A stretch of 64,000 bases of DNA from Eledone cirrhosa (Eukaryota): assembly GCA_964016885.1 (NCBI GenBank), contig OZ024741.1, positions 376,030,001 through 376,094,000 on the forward strand. The letters run 5' to 3'. Shown here one piece after another: positions 9,345 to 25,700 of this stretch. The position numbers and the translations under genes are program-made. Each line of letters begins with the position of its first letter. Positions within the stretch are counted from its first letter, which is position 1. Below the pieces are notes generated by a model. That model was not told the DNA's origin and did no database searches. It saw only the letters and a program-made list of their open reading frames with translations.

Positions 9345-12300
9345 CGACATATACAGTAGACGTGGACAGTGAGGAACAACACAGTAGACGTGGACAGTGA
9401 GGAACAACACAGTAGACGTGGACAGTGAGGGTCAACACAGTAGACGTGGACAGTGAGGAACAACACAGTAGACGTGGACAGTGGGGAATAACACAGTAGA
9501 GGTGGACAGTGGGGAACAACACAGTAGACGTGGACAGTGAGGAACAACACAGTAGACGTCGAGAGTGAGGAACAACACAGCAGAGTTGGTCAGTGGGGAA
9601 CAACACAGTAGACGTGGACAGTGGGGAACAACACAGTAGACGTGGACCGTGGGGAACAACACAGTAGACGTGGACAGTGGGGAACAACACAGTAGAGTTG
9701 GTCAGTGGGGAACAACACAGTAGACGTGGACAGTGGGGAACAACACAGTAGACGTGGACAGTGGGGAACAACACAGTAGACGTGGACAGTGGGGAACAAC
9801 ACAGTAGAGTTGGACAGTGAGGAACAACACAGTAGAGGTGGACAGTGGGGAACAACACAGTAGACGTGGACAGTGGGGAACAACACAGTAGACGTGGACA
9901 GTGGGGAACAACACAGTAGACGTGGACAGTGGGGAACAACACAGTAGACGTGGACAGTGGGGAACAACACAGTAGACGTGGACAGTGGGGAACAACACAG
10001 TAGACGTGGACAGTGGGGAACAACACAGTAGAGGTGGACAGTGAGGAACAACACAGTAGAGGTGGACAGTGGGGAACAACACAGTAGAGGTGGACAGTGG
10101 GGAACAACACAGTAGACGTGGACAGTGGGGAACAACACAGTAGATGTGGACAGTGGGGAACAACACAGTAGACGTGGACAGTGGGGAACAACACAGTAGA
10201 CGTGGACAGTGGGGAACAACACAGTAGACGTGGACAGTGGGGAACAACACAGTAGACGTGGACAGTGGGGAACAACACAGTAGACGTGGACAGTGGGGAA
10301 CAACACAGTAGACGTGGACAGTGAGGAACAACACAGTAGACGTGGACAGTGAGGAACAACACAGTAGACGTGGACAGTGGGGAACAACACAGTAGACGTG
10401 GACAGTGGGGAACAACACAGTAGACGTGGACAGTGAGGAACAACACAGTAGACGTGGACAGTGGGGAACAACACAGTAGACGTGGACAGTGAGGAACAAC
10501 ACAGTAGACGTGGACAGTGAGGAACAACACAGTAGACGTGGACAGTGGGGAACAACACAGTAGACGTGGACAGTGGGGAACAACACAGTAGAGTTGGACA
10601 GTGAGGAACAACACAGTAGAGGTGGACAGTGGGGAACAACACAGTAGACGTGGATAGTGGGGAACAACACAGTAGACGTGGACAGTGGGGAACAACACAG
10701 TAGACGTGGACAGTGGGGAACAACACAGTAGACGTGGACAGTGGGGAACAACACAGTAGACGCGGACAGTGAGGAACAACACAGTAGACGTGGACAGTGG
10801 GGAACAACACAGTAGACGTGGACAGTGAGGAACAACACAGTAGACGTGGACAGTGAGGAACAACACAGTAGACGTGGACAGTGGGGAACAACACAGTAGA
10901 CGTGGACAGTGGGGAACAACACAGTAGACGTGGACAGTGAGGAACAACACAGTAGACGTGGACAGTGGGGAACAACACAGTAGACGTGGACAGTGAGGAA
11001 CAACACAGTAGACGTGGACAGTGAGGAACAACACAGTAGACGTGGACAGTGAGGAACAACACAGTAGACGTGGACAGTGAAGAACAACACAGTAGACGTG
11101 GACAGTGGGGAACAACACAGTAGACGTGGACAGTGGGGAACAACACAGTAGACGTGGACAGTGAGGAACAAGACAGTAGACGTGGACAGTGGGGAACAAC
11201 ACAGTAGACGTGGACAGTGAGGAACAACACAGTAGACGTGGACAGTGGGGAACAACACAGTAGACGTGGACAGTGAGGAACAAGACAGTAGACGTGGACA
11301 GTGGGGAACAACACAGTAGAGGTGGACAGTGGGGAACAACACAGTAGACGTGGACAGTGGGGAACAACACAGTAGAGGTGGACAGTGGGGAACAACACAG
11401 TAGACGTGGACAGTGGGGAACAACACAGTAGACGTGGACAGTGAGGAACAACACAGTAGACGTGGACAGTGGGGAACAACACAGTAGACGTGGACAGTGG
11501 GGAACAACACAGTAGACGTGGACAGTGGGGAACAACACAGTAGACGTGGACAGTGAGGAACAACACAGTAGACGTGGACAGTGGGGAACAACACAGTAGA
11601 CGTGGACAGTGGGGAACAACACAGTAGACGTGGACAGTGAGGAACAACACAGTAGACGTGGACAGTGGGGAACAACACAGTAGACGTGGACAGTCGGGAA
11701 CAACACAGTAGACGTGGACAGTGAGGAACAACACAGTAGACGTGGACAGTGAGGAACAACACAGTAGACGTGGACAGTGAGGAACAACACGGTAGACGTT
11801 GACAGTGAGGAACAACACAGTAGACGTGGACACTGGGGAACAACACAGTAGACGTGGACAGTGAGGAACAACACATTAGAGGTGGACAGTGAGGAACAAC
11901 ACAGTAGACGTGGACAGTGAGGAACAACACAGTAGACGTGGACAGTGGGGAACAACACAGTAGACGTGGACAGTGGGGAACAACACAGTAGACGTGGACA
12001 GTGAGGAACAACACGGTAGACGTTGACAGTGAGGAACAACACAGTAGACGTGGACAGTGGGGAACAACACAGTAGACGTGGACAGTGAGGAACAACACAT
12101 TAGAGGTGGACAGTGAGGAACAACACAGTAGACGTGGACAGTGGGGAACAACACAGTAGACGTGGACAGTGAGGAACAACACATTAGAGGTGGACAGTGG
12201 GGAACAACACAGTAGACGTGGACAGTGGGGAACAACACAGTAGACGTGGACAGTGGGGAACAACACAGTAGAGGTGGACAGTGGGGAACAACACAGTAGA

Positions 12301-13789
12301 GGTGGACAGTGAGGAACAACACAGTAGACGTGGACAGTGGGGAACAACACAGTAGACGTTGACAGTGAGGAACAACACGGTAGACGTTGACAGTGAGGAA
12401 CAACACAGTAGACGTGGACAGTGGGGAACAACACAGTAGACGTGGACAGTGAGGAACAACACAGTAGAGGTGGACAGTGGGGAACAACACAGTAGACGTG
12501 GACAGTGAGGAACAACACAGTAGACGTGGACAGTGGGGAACAACACAGTAGACGTGGACAGTGGGGAACAACACAGTAGACGTGGACAGTGGGGAACAAC
12601 ACAGTAGACGTGGACAGTGGGGAACAACACAGTAGACGTGGACAGTGGGGAACAACACAGTAGACGTGGACAGTGGGGAACAACACAGTAGAGGTGGACA
12701 GTGGGGAACAACACAGTAGACGTGGACAGTGGGGGACAACACAGTAGACGTGGACAGTGAGGAACAACACAGTAGACGTGGACAGTGGGGAACAACACAG
12801 TAGACGTGGACAGTGGGGAACAACACAGTAGACGTGGACAGTGGGGAACAACACAGTAGACGTGGACAGTGGGGAACAACACAGTAGACGTGGACAGTGG
12901 GGAACAACACAGTAGACGTGGACAGTGGGGAACAACACAGTAGAGGTGGACAGTGGGGAACAACACAGTAGAGGTGGACAGTGGGGAACAACACAGTAGA
13001 GTTGGACAGTGGGGAACAACACAGTAGACGTGGACAGTGGGGAACAACACAGTAGACGTGGACAGTGGGGAACAACACAGTAGACGTGGACAGTGAGGAA
13101 CAACACAGTAGACGTGGACAGTGGGGAACAACACAGTAGACGTGGACAGTGGGGAACAACACAGTAGACGTGGACAGTGAGGAACAACACAGTAGACGTG
13201 GACAGTGGGGAACAACACAGTAGACGTGGACAGTGGGGAACAACACAGTAGACGTGGACAGTGGGGAACAACACAGTAGACGTGGACAGTGGGGAACAAC
13301 ACAGTAGAGGTGGACAGTGGGGAACAACACAGTAGACGTGGACAGTGGGGAACAACACAGTAGACGTGGACAGTGGGGAACAACACAGTAGACGTGGACA
13401 GTGGGGAACAACACAGTAGACGTGGACAGTGGGGAACAACACAGTAGACGTGGACAGTGGGGAACAACACAGTAGAGGTGGACAGTGGGGAACAACACAG
13501 TAGACGTGGACAGTGGGGGACAACACAGTAGACGTGGACAGTGAGGAACAACACAGTAGACGTGGACAGTGGGGAACAACACAGTAGACGTGGACAGTGG
13601 GGAACAACACAGTAGACGTGGACAGTGGGGAACAACACAGTAGACGTGGACAGTGGGGAACAACACAGTAGACGTGGACAGTGGGGAACAACACAGTAGA
13701 CGTGGACAGTGGGGAACAACACAGTAGACGTGGACAGTGGGGAACAACACAGTAGACGTGGACAGTGGGGGACAACACAGTAGACGTGG

Positions 13790-16700
13790 ACAGTGAGGAA
13801 CAACACAGTAGACGTGGACAGTGGGGAACAACACAGTAGACGTGGACAGTGGGGAACAACACAGTAGACGTGGACAGTGGGGAACAACACAGTAGACGTG
13901 GACAGTGGGGAACAACACAGTAGACGTGGACAGTAGGGAACAACACAGTAGACGTGGACAGTGGGGAACAACACAGTAGACGTGGACAGTGGGGAACAAC
14001 ACAGTAGACGTGGACAGTGGGGAACAACACAGTAGAGGTGGACAGTGGGGAACAACCCAGTAGACGTGGACAGTGGGGGACAACACATCAGACGTGGACA
14101 GTGGGGAACAACACAGTAGAGGTGGACAGTGGGGAACAACACAGTAGATGTGGACAGTGGGGAACAACACAGTAGACGTGGACAGTGGGGAACAACACAG
14201 TAGAGGTGGACAGTGGGGAACAACACAGTAGACGTGGACAGTGGGGAACAACACAGTAGATGTGGACAGTGGGGAACAACACAGTAGATGTGGACAGTGG
14301 GGAACAACACAGTAGACGTGGACAGTGGGGAACAACACAGTAGACGTGGACAGTGGGGAACAACACAGTAGACGTGGACAGTGGGGAACAACACAGTAGA
14401 CGTGGACAGTGGGGAACAACACAGTAGAGGTGGACAGTGGGGAACAACCCAGTAGACGTGGACAGTGGGGGACAACACATCAGACGTGGACAGTGGGGAA
14501 CAACACAGTAGAGGTGGACAGTGGGGAACAACACAGTAGATGTGGACAGTGGGGAACAACACAGTAGACGTGGACAGTGGGGAACAACACAGTAGACGTG
14601 GACAGTGGGGAACAACACAGTAGAGGTGGACAGTGGGGAACAACACAGTAGATGTGGACAGTGGGGAACAACACAGTAGACGTGGACAGTGGGGAACAAC
14701 ACAGTAGAGGTGGACAGTGGGGAACAACACAGTAGACGTGGACAGTGGGGAACAACACAGTAGACGTGGACAGTGGGGAACAACACAGTAGAGGTGGACA
14801 GTGGGGAACAACCCAGTAGACGTGGACAGTGGGGGACAACACATCAGACGTCGACAGTGGGGAACAACACAGTAGAGGTGGACAGTGGGGAACAACACAG
14901 TAGATGTGGACAGTGGGGAACAACACAGTAGACGTGGACAGTGGGGAACAACACAGTAGAGGTGGACAGTGGGGAACAACACAGTAGACGTGGACAGTGG
15001 GGAACAACACAGTAGATGTGGACAGTGGGGAACAACACAGTAGATGTGGACAGTGGGGAACAACACAGTAGACGTGGACAGTGGGGAACAACACAGTAGA
15101 GGTGGACAGTGGGGAACAACACAGTAGATGTGGACAGTGGGGAACAACACAGTAGACGTGGACAGTGGGGAACAACACAGTAGAGGTGGACAGTGGGGAA
15201 CAACACAGTAGACGTGGACAGTGGGGAACAACACAGTAGATGTGGACAGTGGGGAACAACACAGTAGATGTGGACAGTGGGGAACAACACAGTAGAGGTG
15301 GACAGTGGGGAACAACACAGTAGACGTGGACAGTGGGGAACAACACAGTAGATGTGGACAGTGGGGAACGACACAGTAGACGTGGACAGTGGGGAACAAC
15401 ACAGTAGATGTGGACAGTGGGGAACAACACAGTAGACGTGGACAGTGGGGAACAACACAGTAGAGGTGGACAGTGGGGAAGAACACAGTAGACGTGGACA
15501 GTGGGGAACAACACAGTAGATGTGGACAGTGGGGAACAACACAGTAGACGTGGACAGTGGGGAACAACACAGTAGATGTGGACAGTGGGGAACAACACAG
15601 TAGACGTGGACATTGGGGAACAACACAGTAGACGTGGACAGTGGGGAACAACACAGTAGAGGTGGACAGTGGGGAACAACACAGTAGACGTGGACAGTGG
15701 GGAACAACACAGTAGATGTGGACAGTGGGGAACAACACAGTAGACGTGGACAGTGGGGAACAACACAGTAGAGGTGGACAGTGGGGAACAACACAGTAGA
15801 CGTGGACAGTGGGGAACAACACAGTAGATGTGGACAGTGGGGAACAACACAGTAGATGTGGACAGTGGGGAACAACACAGTAGATGTGGACAGTGGGGAA
15901 CAACACAGTAGACGTGGACAGTGGGGAACAACACAGTAGAGGTGGACAGTGGGGAACAACACAGTAGACGTGGACAGTGGGGAACAACACAGTAGATGTG
16001 GACAGTGGGGAACAACACAGTAGACGTGGACAGTGGGGAACAACACAGTAGATGTGGACAGTGGGGAACAACACAGTAGACGTGGACAGTGGGGAACAAC
16101 ACAGTAGAGGTGGACAGTGGGGAACAACACAGTAGACGTGGACAGTGGGGAACAACACAGTAGATGTGAACAGTGGGGAACAACACAGTAGATGTGGACA
16201 GTGGGGAACAACACAGTAGACGTGGACAGTGGGGAACAACACAGTAGAGGTGGACAGTGGGGAACAACACAGTAGACGTGGACAGTGGGGAACAACACAG
16301 TAGATGTGGACAGTGGGGAACAACACAGTAGATGTGGACAGTGGGGAACAACACAGTAGACGTGGACAGTGGGGAACAACACAGTAGAGGTGGACAGTGG
16401 GGAACAACACAGTAGACGTGGACAGTGGGGAACAACACAGTAGATGTGGACAGTGGGGAACAACACAGTAGACGTGGACAGTGGGGAACAACACAGTAGA
16501 TGTGGACAGTGGGGAACAACACAGTAGACGTGGACAGTGGGGAACAACACAGTAGAGGTGGACAGTGGGGAACAACACAGTAGACGTGGACAGTGGGGAA
16601 CAACACAGTAGAGGTGGACAGTGGGGAACAACACAGTAGGCGTGGGCAGTGGGGAACAACACAGTAGACGTGGACAGTGGGGAACAACACAGTAGAGGTG

Positions 16701-19700
16701 GACAGTGAGGAACAACACAGTAGACGTGGACAGTGAGGAACAACACAGTAGACGTGGACAGTGGGGAACAACACAGTAGACGTGGACGGTGGGGAACAAC
16801 ACAGTAGACGTGGACAGTGGGGAACAACACAGTAGACGTGGACAGTGGGGAACAACACAGTAGACGTGGACAGAGGGGAACAACACAGTAGACGTGGACA
16901 GTGGGGAACAACACAGTAGACGTGGACAGTGAGGAACAACACAGTAGACGTGGACAGTGGGGAACAACAGAGTAGACGTGGACAGTGGGGAACAACACAG
17001 TAGAGGTGGACAGTGAGGAACAACACAGTAGACGTGGACGGTGGAAAACAACACAGTAGACGTGGACAGTGGGGAACAACACAGTAGACGTGGACAGTGG
17101 GGAACAACACAGTAGACGTGGACAGTGGGGAACAACACAGCAGAGTAGGACAGTCAGGAACAACACAGTAGACGTGGACAGTGGGGAACAACACAGTAGA
17201 CGTGGACAGTGAGGAACAACACAGTAGACGTGGACAGTGAGGAACAACACAGTAGACGTGGACAGTGGGGAACAACACAGTAGACGTGGACAGTGAGGAA
17301 CAACACAGTAGACGTGGACAGTGAGGAACAACACAGTAGACGTGGACAGTGGGGAACAACACAGTAGACGTGGACAGTGGGGAACAACACAGTAGACGTG
17401 GACAGTGGGGAACAACACAGTAGACGTGGACAGTGAGGAACAACACAGTAGACGTGGACAGTGGGGAACAACACAGTAGACGTGGACAGTGGGGAACAAC
17501 ACAGTAGACGTGGACAGTGGGGAACAACACAGCAGAGTAGGACAGTCAGGAACAACACAGTAGACGTGGACAGTGGGGAACAACACAGTAGACGTGGACA
17601 GTGAGGAACAACACAGTAGACGTGGACAGTGAGGAACAACACAGTAGACGTGGACAGTGAGGAACAACACAGTAGACGTGGACAGTGGGGAACAACACAG
17701 TAGACGTGGACAGTGAGGAACAACACATTAGAGGTGGACAGTGGGGAACAACACAGTAGAGGTGGACAGTGGGGAACAACACAGTAGACGTGGACAGTGA
17801 GGAACAACACATTAGAGGTGGACAGTGGGGAACAACACAGTAGACGTGGACGGTGGGGAACAACACAGTAGACGTGGACAGTGAGGAACAACACAGTAGA
17901 CGTGGACAGTGGGGAACAACACAGTAGACGTGGACGGTGGGGAACAACACAGTAGACGTGGACAGTGAGGAACAACACAGTAGACGTGGACAGTGGGGAA
18001 CAACACAGTAGACGTGGACAGTGGGGAACAACAGAGTAGATGTGGACGGTGGAAAACAACACAGTAGACGTGGACAGTGGGGAACAACACAGTAGACGTG
18101 GACAGTGGGGAACAACACATTAGAGGTGGACAGTGGGGAACAACACAGTAGAGGTGGACAGTGAGGAACAACACAGTAGACGTGGACAGTGAGGAACAAC
18201 ACATTAGAGGTGGACAGTGGGGAACAACACAGTAGAGGTGGACAGTGGGGAACAACACAGTAGACGTGGACAGTGAGGAACAACACATTAGAGGTGGACA
18301 GAGGGGAACAACACAGTAGACGTGGACAGTGGGGAACAACACAGTAGACGTGGACAGTGGGGAACAACACAGTAGACGTGTACAGTGGGGAACAACACAT
18401 TAGAGGTGGACAGTGGGGAACAACACAGTAGACGTGGACAGTGGGGAACAACACAGTAGACGTGGACAGTGGGGAACAACACAGTAGACGTGGACAGTGA
18501 GGAACAACACAGTAGAGGTGGACAGTGAGGAACAACACAGTAGAGGTGGACAGTGAGGAACAACACAGTAGACGTGGACAGTGAGGAACAACACAGTAGA
18601 CGTGGACAGTGGGGAACAACACAGTAGAGGTGGACAGTGGGGAACAACACAGTAGACGTGGACAGTGAGGAACAACACAGTAGAGTAGGACAGTCAGGAA
18701 CAACACAGTAGACGTGGACAGTGGGGAACAACACAGTAGACGTGGACAGTGGGGAACAACACAGTAGACGTGGACAGTGAGGAACAACACAGTAGACGTG
18801 GACAGTGAGGAACAACACAGTAGACGTGGACAGTGGGGAACAACACAGTAGACGTGGACAGTGGGGAACAACACAGTAGACGTGGACAGTGAGGAACAAC
18901 ACAGTAGACGTGGACAGTGGGGAACAACACAGTAGACGTGGACAGTGGGGAACAACACAGTAGACGTGGACAGTGGGGAACAACACAGTAGACGTGGACA
19001 GTGGGGAACAACACAGTAGACGTGGACAGTGGGGAACAACACAGTAGACGTGGACAGTGGGGAACAACACAGTAGACGTGGACAGTGGGGAACAACACAG
19101 TAGACGTGGACAGTGAGGAACAACACAGTAGACGTGGACAGCGAGGAACAACACAGTAGACGTGGACAGCGAGGAACAACACAGTAGACGTGGACAGTGA
19201 GGAACAACACAGTAGACGTGGACAGTGAGGAACAACACAGTAGACGTGGACAGTGGGGAACAACACAGTATACGTGGACAGTGAGGAACAACACAGTAGA
19301 CGTGGACAGTGAGGAACAACACAATAGACGTGGACAGTGGGGAACAACACAGTAGACGTGGACAGTGGGGAACAACACAGTAGACGTGGACAGTGAGGAA
19401 CAACACAGTAGACGTGGACAGTGAGGAACAACACAGTAGACGTGGACAGTGGGGAACAACCCATTAGACGTGGACAGTGAGGAACAACACAATAGACGTG
19501 GACAGTGGGGAACAACACAGTAGACGTGGACAGTGGGGAACAACACAGTAGACGTGGACAGTGAGGAACAACACAGTAGACGTGGACAGTGGGGGAACAA
19601 CACAGTAGACGTGGACAGTGGGGAACAACACATTAGAGGTGGACAGTGGGGAACAACACAATAGACGTGGACAGTGGGGAACAACACAGTAGACGTGGAC

Positions 19701-22700
19701 AGTGGGGAACAACACAGTAGACGTGGACAGTGGGGAACAACACAGTAGACGTGGACAGTGGGGAACAACACAGTAGACGTGGACAGTTGGGAATAACACA
19801 GTAGACGTGGACAGTGGGGAGCAACACAGTAGACGTGGACAGTGAGGAACAACACAGTAGACGTGGACAGTGAGGAACAACACAGTAGACGTGGACAGTG
19901 AGGAACAACACAGTAGACGTGGACAGTGGGGAACAACACATTAGAGGTGGACAGTGGGGAACAACACAATAGACGTGGACAGTGGGGAACAACCCATTAG
20001 ACGTGGACAGTGGGGAACAACACAGTAGACGTGGACAGTGGGGAACAACACAGTAGACGTGGACAGTTGGGAACAACACAGTAGACGTGGACAGTGGGGA
20101 GCAACACAGTAGACGTGGACAGTGGGGGACAACACAGTAGACGTGGACAGTGAGGAACAACACATTAGAGGTGGACAGTGGGGAACAACACAGTAGAGGT
20201 GGACAGTGGGGAACAACACAGTAGAGGTGGACAGTGGGGAACAACACAGTAGACGTGGACAGTGGGGAACAACACAGTAGAGGTGGACAGTGGGGAACAA
20301 CACAGTAGACGTGGACAGTGAGGAACAACACATTAGAGGTGGACAGTGGGGAACAACACAGTAGAGGTGGACAGTGGGGAACAACACAGTAGACGTGGAC
20401 AGTGGGGAACAACACAGTAGACGTGGACAGTGGGGAACAACACAGTAGACGTGGACAGCGGGGAGCAACACAGTAGACGTGGACAGTGGGGAACAACACA
20501 GTAGAGGTGGACAGTGGGGAACAACACAGTAGACGTGGACAGTGAGGAACAACACAGTAGACGTGGACAGTGGGGAACAACACAGTAGACGTGGACAGTG
20601 GGGAACAACACAGTAGACGTGGACAGTGGGGAACAACACAGTAGACGTGGACAGTGGGGAACAACACAGTAGACGTGGACAGTGAGGAACAACACAGTAG
20701 ACGTGGACAGTGGGGAACAACACAGTAGACGTGGACAGTGGGGAACAAAACAGTAGACGTGGACAGTGGGGAACAACACAGTAGACGTGGACAGTGAGGA
20801 ACAACACAGTAGAGGTGGACAGTGGGGAACAACACAGTAGAGGTGGACAGTGAGGAACAACACAGTAGACGTGGACAGTGGGGAACAACACAGTAGACGT
20901 GGACAGTGGGGAACAACACAGTAGACGTGGACAGTGAGGAACAACACAGTAGACGTGGACAGTGGGGAACAAAACAGTAGACGTGGACAGTGGGGAACAA
21001 CACAGTAGACGTGGACAGTGGGGAACAACACAGTAGACGTGGACAGTGTGGAACAACACAGTAGACGTGGACAGTGAGGAACAACACAGTAGACGTGGAC
21101 AGTGAGGAACAACACAGTAGACGTGGACAGTGGGGAACAACACAGTAGACGTGGACAGTGAGGAACAACACAGTAGACGTGGACAGTGAGGAACAACACA
21201 GTAGACGTGGACAGTGAGGAACAACACAGTAGACGTGGACAGTGGGGAACAACACAGTAGACGTGGACAGTGGGGAACAACACAGTAGACGTGGACAGTG
21301 GGGAACAACACAGTAGACGTGGACAGTGGGGAACAACACAGTAGACGTGGACAGTGGGGAACAACACAGTAGACGTGGACAGTGGGGAACAACACAGTAG
21401 AGGTGGACAGTGCGGAACAACACAGTAGACGTGGACAGTGGGGAACAACACAGTAGACGTGGACAGTGAGGAACAACACAGTAGACGTGGACAGTGAGGA
21501 ACAACACGGTAGACGTGGACATTGGGGAACAACACAGAAGACGTGGACAGTGAGGAACAACACGGTAGACGTTGACAGTGAGGAACAACACAGTAGACGT
21601 GGACAGTGGGGAACAACACAGTAGACGTGGACATTGGGGAACAACACAGTAGACGTGGACAGTGAGGAACAACACGGTAGACGTTGACAGTGAGGAACAA
21701 CACAGTAGACGTGGACATTGGGGAACAACACAGTAGACGTGGACAGTGAGGAACAACACGGTAGACGTTGACAGTGAGGAACAACACAGTAGACGTGGAC
21801 AGTGGGGAACAACACAGTAGACGTGGACTGTGAGGAACAACACAGTAGACGTGGACAGTGAGGAACAACACAGTAGACGTGGACAGTGGGGAACAACACA
21901 GTAGACGTGGACAGTGGGGAACAACACAGTAGACGTGGACAGTGGGGAACAACACAGTAGACGTGGACAGTGAGGAACAACACGGTAGACGTTGACAGTG
22001 AGGAACAACACAGTAGACGTGGACAGTGGGGAACAACACAGTAGACGTGGACAGTGGGGAACAACACAGTAGACGTGGACAGTGGGGAACAACACAGTAG
22101 ACGTGGACAGTGGGGAACAACACAGTAGACGTGGACAGTAGGGAACAACACAGTAGACGTGGACAGTGGGGAACAACACAGTAGACGTGGACAGTGGGGA
22201 ACAACACAGTAGACGTGGACAGTGGGGAACAACACAGTAGAGGTGGACAGTGGGGAACAACCCAGTAGACGTGGACAGTGGGGGACAACACATCAGACGT
22301 GGACAGTGGGGAACAACACAGTAGAGGTGGACAGTGGGGAACAACACAGTAGATGTGGACAGTGGGGAACAACACAGTAGACGTGGACAGTGGGGAACAA
22401 CACAGTAGAGGTGGACAGTGGGGAACAACACAGTAGACGTGGACAGTGGGGAACAACACAGTAGATGTGGACAGTGGGGAACAACACAGTAGATGTGGAC
22501 AGTGGGGAACAACACAGTAGACGTGGACAGTGGGGAACAACACAGTAGACGTGGACAGTGGGGAACAACACAGTAGACGTGGACAGTGGGGAACAACACA
22601 GTAGACGTGGACAGTGGGGAACAACACAGTAGAGGTGGACAGTGGGGAACAACCCAGTAGACGTGGACAGTGGGGGACAACACATCAGACGTGGACAGTG

Positions 22701-25700
22701 GGGAACAACACAGTAGAGGTGGACAGTGGGGAACAACACAGTAGATGTGGACAGTGGGGAACAACACAGTAGACGTGGACAGTGGGGAACAACACAGTAG
22801 ACGTGGACAGTGGGGAACAACACAGTAGAGGTGGACAGTGGGGAACAACACAGTAGATGTGGACAGTGGGGAACAACACAGTAGACGTGGACAGTGGGGA
22901 ACAACACAGTAGAGGTGGACAGTGGGGAACAACACAGTAGACATGGACAGTGGGGAACAACACAGTAGACGTGGACAGTGGGGAACAACACAGTAGAGGT
23001 GGACAGTGGGGAACAACCCAGTAGACGTGGACAGTGGGGGACAACACATCAGACGTCGACAGTGGGGAACAACACAGTAGAGGTGGACAGTGGGGAACAA
23101 CACAGTAGATGTGGACAGTGGGGAACAACACAGTAGACGTGGACAGTGGGGAACAACACAGTAGAGGTGGACAGTGGGGAACAACACAGTAGACGTGGAC
23201 AGTGGGGAACAACACAGTAGATGTGGACAGTGGGGAACAACACTGTAGATGTGGACAGTGGGGAACAACACAGTAGACGTGGACAGTGGGGAACAACACA
23301 GTAGAGGTGGACAGTGGGGAACAACACAGTAGATGTGGACAGTGGGGAACAACACAGTAGACGTGGACAGTGGGGAACAACACAGTAGAGGTGGACAGTG
23401 GGGAACAACACAGTAGACGTGGACAGTGGGGAACAACACAGTAGATGTGGACAGTGGGGAACAACACAGTAGATGTGGACAGTGGGGAACAACACAGTAG
23501 AGGTGGACAGTGGGGAACAACACAGTAGACGTGGACAGTGGGGAACAACACAGTAGATGTGGACAGTGGGGAACGACACAGTAGACGTGGACAGTGGGGA
23601 ACAACACAGTAGATGTGGACAGTGGGGAACAACACAGTAGACGTGGACAGTGGGGAACAACACAGTAGAGGTGGACAGTGGGGAAGAACACAGTAGACGT
23701 GGACAGTGGGGAACAACACAGTAGATGTGGACAGTGGGGAACAACACAGTAGACGTGGACAGTGGGGAACAACACAGTAGATGTGGACAGTGGGGAACAA
23801 CACAGTAGACGTGGACATTGGGGAACAACACAGTAGACGTGGACAGTGGGGAACAACACAGTAGAGGTGGACAGTGGGGAACAACACAGTAGACGTGGAC
23901 AGTGGGGAACAACACAGTAGATGTGGACAGTGGGGAACAACACAGTAGACGTGGACAGTGGGGAACAACACAGTAGAGGTGGACAGTGGGGAACAACACA
24001 GTAGACGTGGACAGTGGGGAACAACACAGTAGATGTGGACAGTGGGGAACAACACAGTAGATGTGGACAGTGGGGAACAACACAGTAGATGTGGACAGTG
24101 GGGAACAACACAGTAGACGTGGACAGTGGGGAACAACACAGTAGAGGTGGACAGTGGGGAACAACACAGTAGACGTGGACAGTGGGGAACAACACAGTAG
24201 ATGTGGACAGTGGGGAACAACACAGTAGACGTGGACAGTGGGGAACAACACAGTAGATGTGGACAGTGGGGAACAACACAGTAGACGTGGACAGTGGGGA
24301 ACAACACAGTAGAGGTGGACAGTGGGGAACAACACAGTAGACGTGGACAGTGGGGAACAACACAGTAGATGTGAACAGTGGGGAACAACACAGTAGATGT
24401 GGACAGTGGGGAACAACACAGTAGACGTGGACAGTGTGGAACAACACAGTAGAGGTGGACAGTGGGGAACAACACAGTAGACGTGGACAGTGGGGAACAA
24501 CACAGTAGATGTGGACAGTGGGGAACAACACAGTAGATGTGGACAGTGGGGAACAACACAGTAGACGTGGACAGTGGGGAACAACACAGTAGAGGTGGAC
24601 AGTGGGGAACAACACAGTAGACGTGGACAGTGGGGAACAACACAGTAGATGTGGACAGTGGGGAACAACACAGTAGACGTGGACAGTGGGGAACAACACA
24701 GTAGATGTGGACAGTGGGGAACAACACAGTAGACGTGGACAGTGGGGAACAACACAGTAGAGGTGGACAGTGGGGAACAACACAGTAGACGTGGACAGTG
24801 GGGAACAACACAGTAGAGGTGGACAGTGGGGAACAACACAGTAGGCGTGGGCAGTGGGGAACAACACAGTAGACGTGGACAGTGGGGAACAACACAGTAG
24901 AGGTGGACAGTGAGGAACAACACAGTAGACGTGGACAGTGAGGAACAACACAGTAGACGTGGACAGTGGGGAACAACACAGTAGACGTGGACGGTGGGGA
25001 ACAACACAGTAGACGTGGACAGTGGGGAACAACACAGTAGACGTGGACAGTGGGGAACAACACAGTAGACGTGGACAGAGGGGAACAACACAGTAGACGT
25101 GGACAGTGGGGAACAACACAGTAGACGTGGACAGTGAGGAACAACACAGTAGACGTGGACAGTGGGGAACAACAGAGTAGACGTGGACAGTGGGGAACAA
25201 CACAGTAGAGGTGGACAGTGAGGAACAACACAGTAGACGTGGACGGTGGAAAACAACACAGTAGACGTGGACAGTGGGGAACAACACAGTAGACGTGGAC
25301 AGTGGGGAACAACACAGTAGACGTGGACAGTGGGGAACAACACAGCAGAGTAGGACAGTCAGGAACAACACAGTAGACGTGGACAGTGGGGAACAACACA
25401 GTAGACGTGGACAGTGAGGAACAACACAGTAGACGTGGACAGTGAGGAACAACACAGTAGACGTGGACAGTGGGGAACAACACAGTAGACGTGGACAGTG
25501 AGGAACAACACAGTAGACGTGGACAGTGAGGAACAACACAGTAGACGTGGACAGTGGGGAACAACACAGTAGACGTGGACAGTGGGGAACAACACAGTAG
25601 ACGTGGACAGTGGGGAACAACACAGTAGACGTGGACAGTGAGGAACAACACAGTAGACGTGGACAGTGGGGAACAACACAGTAGACGTGGACAGTGGGGA

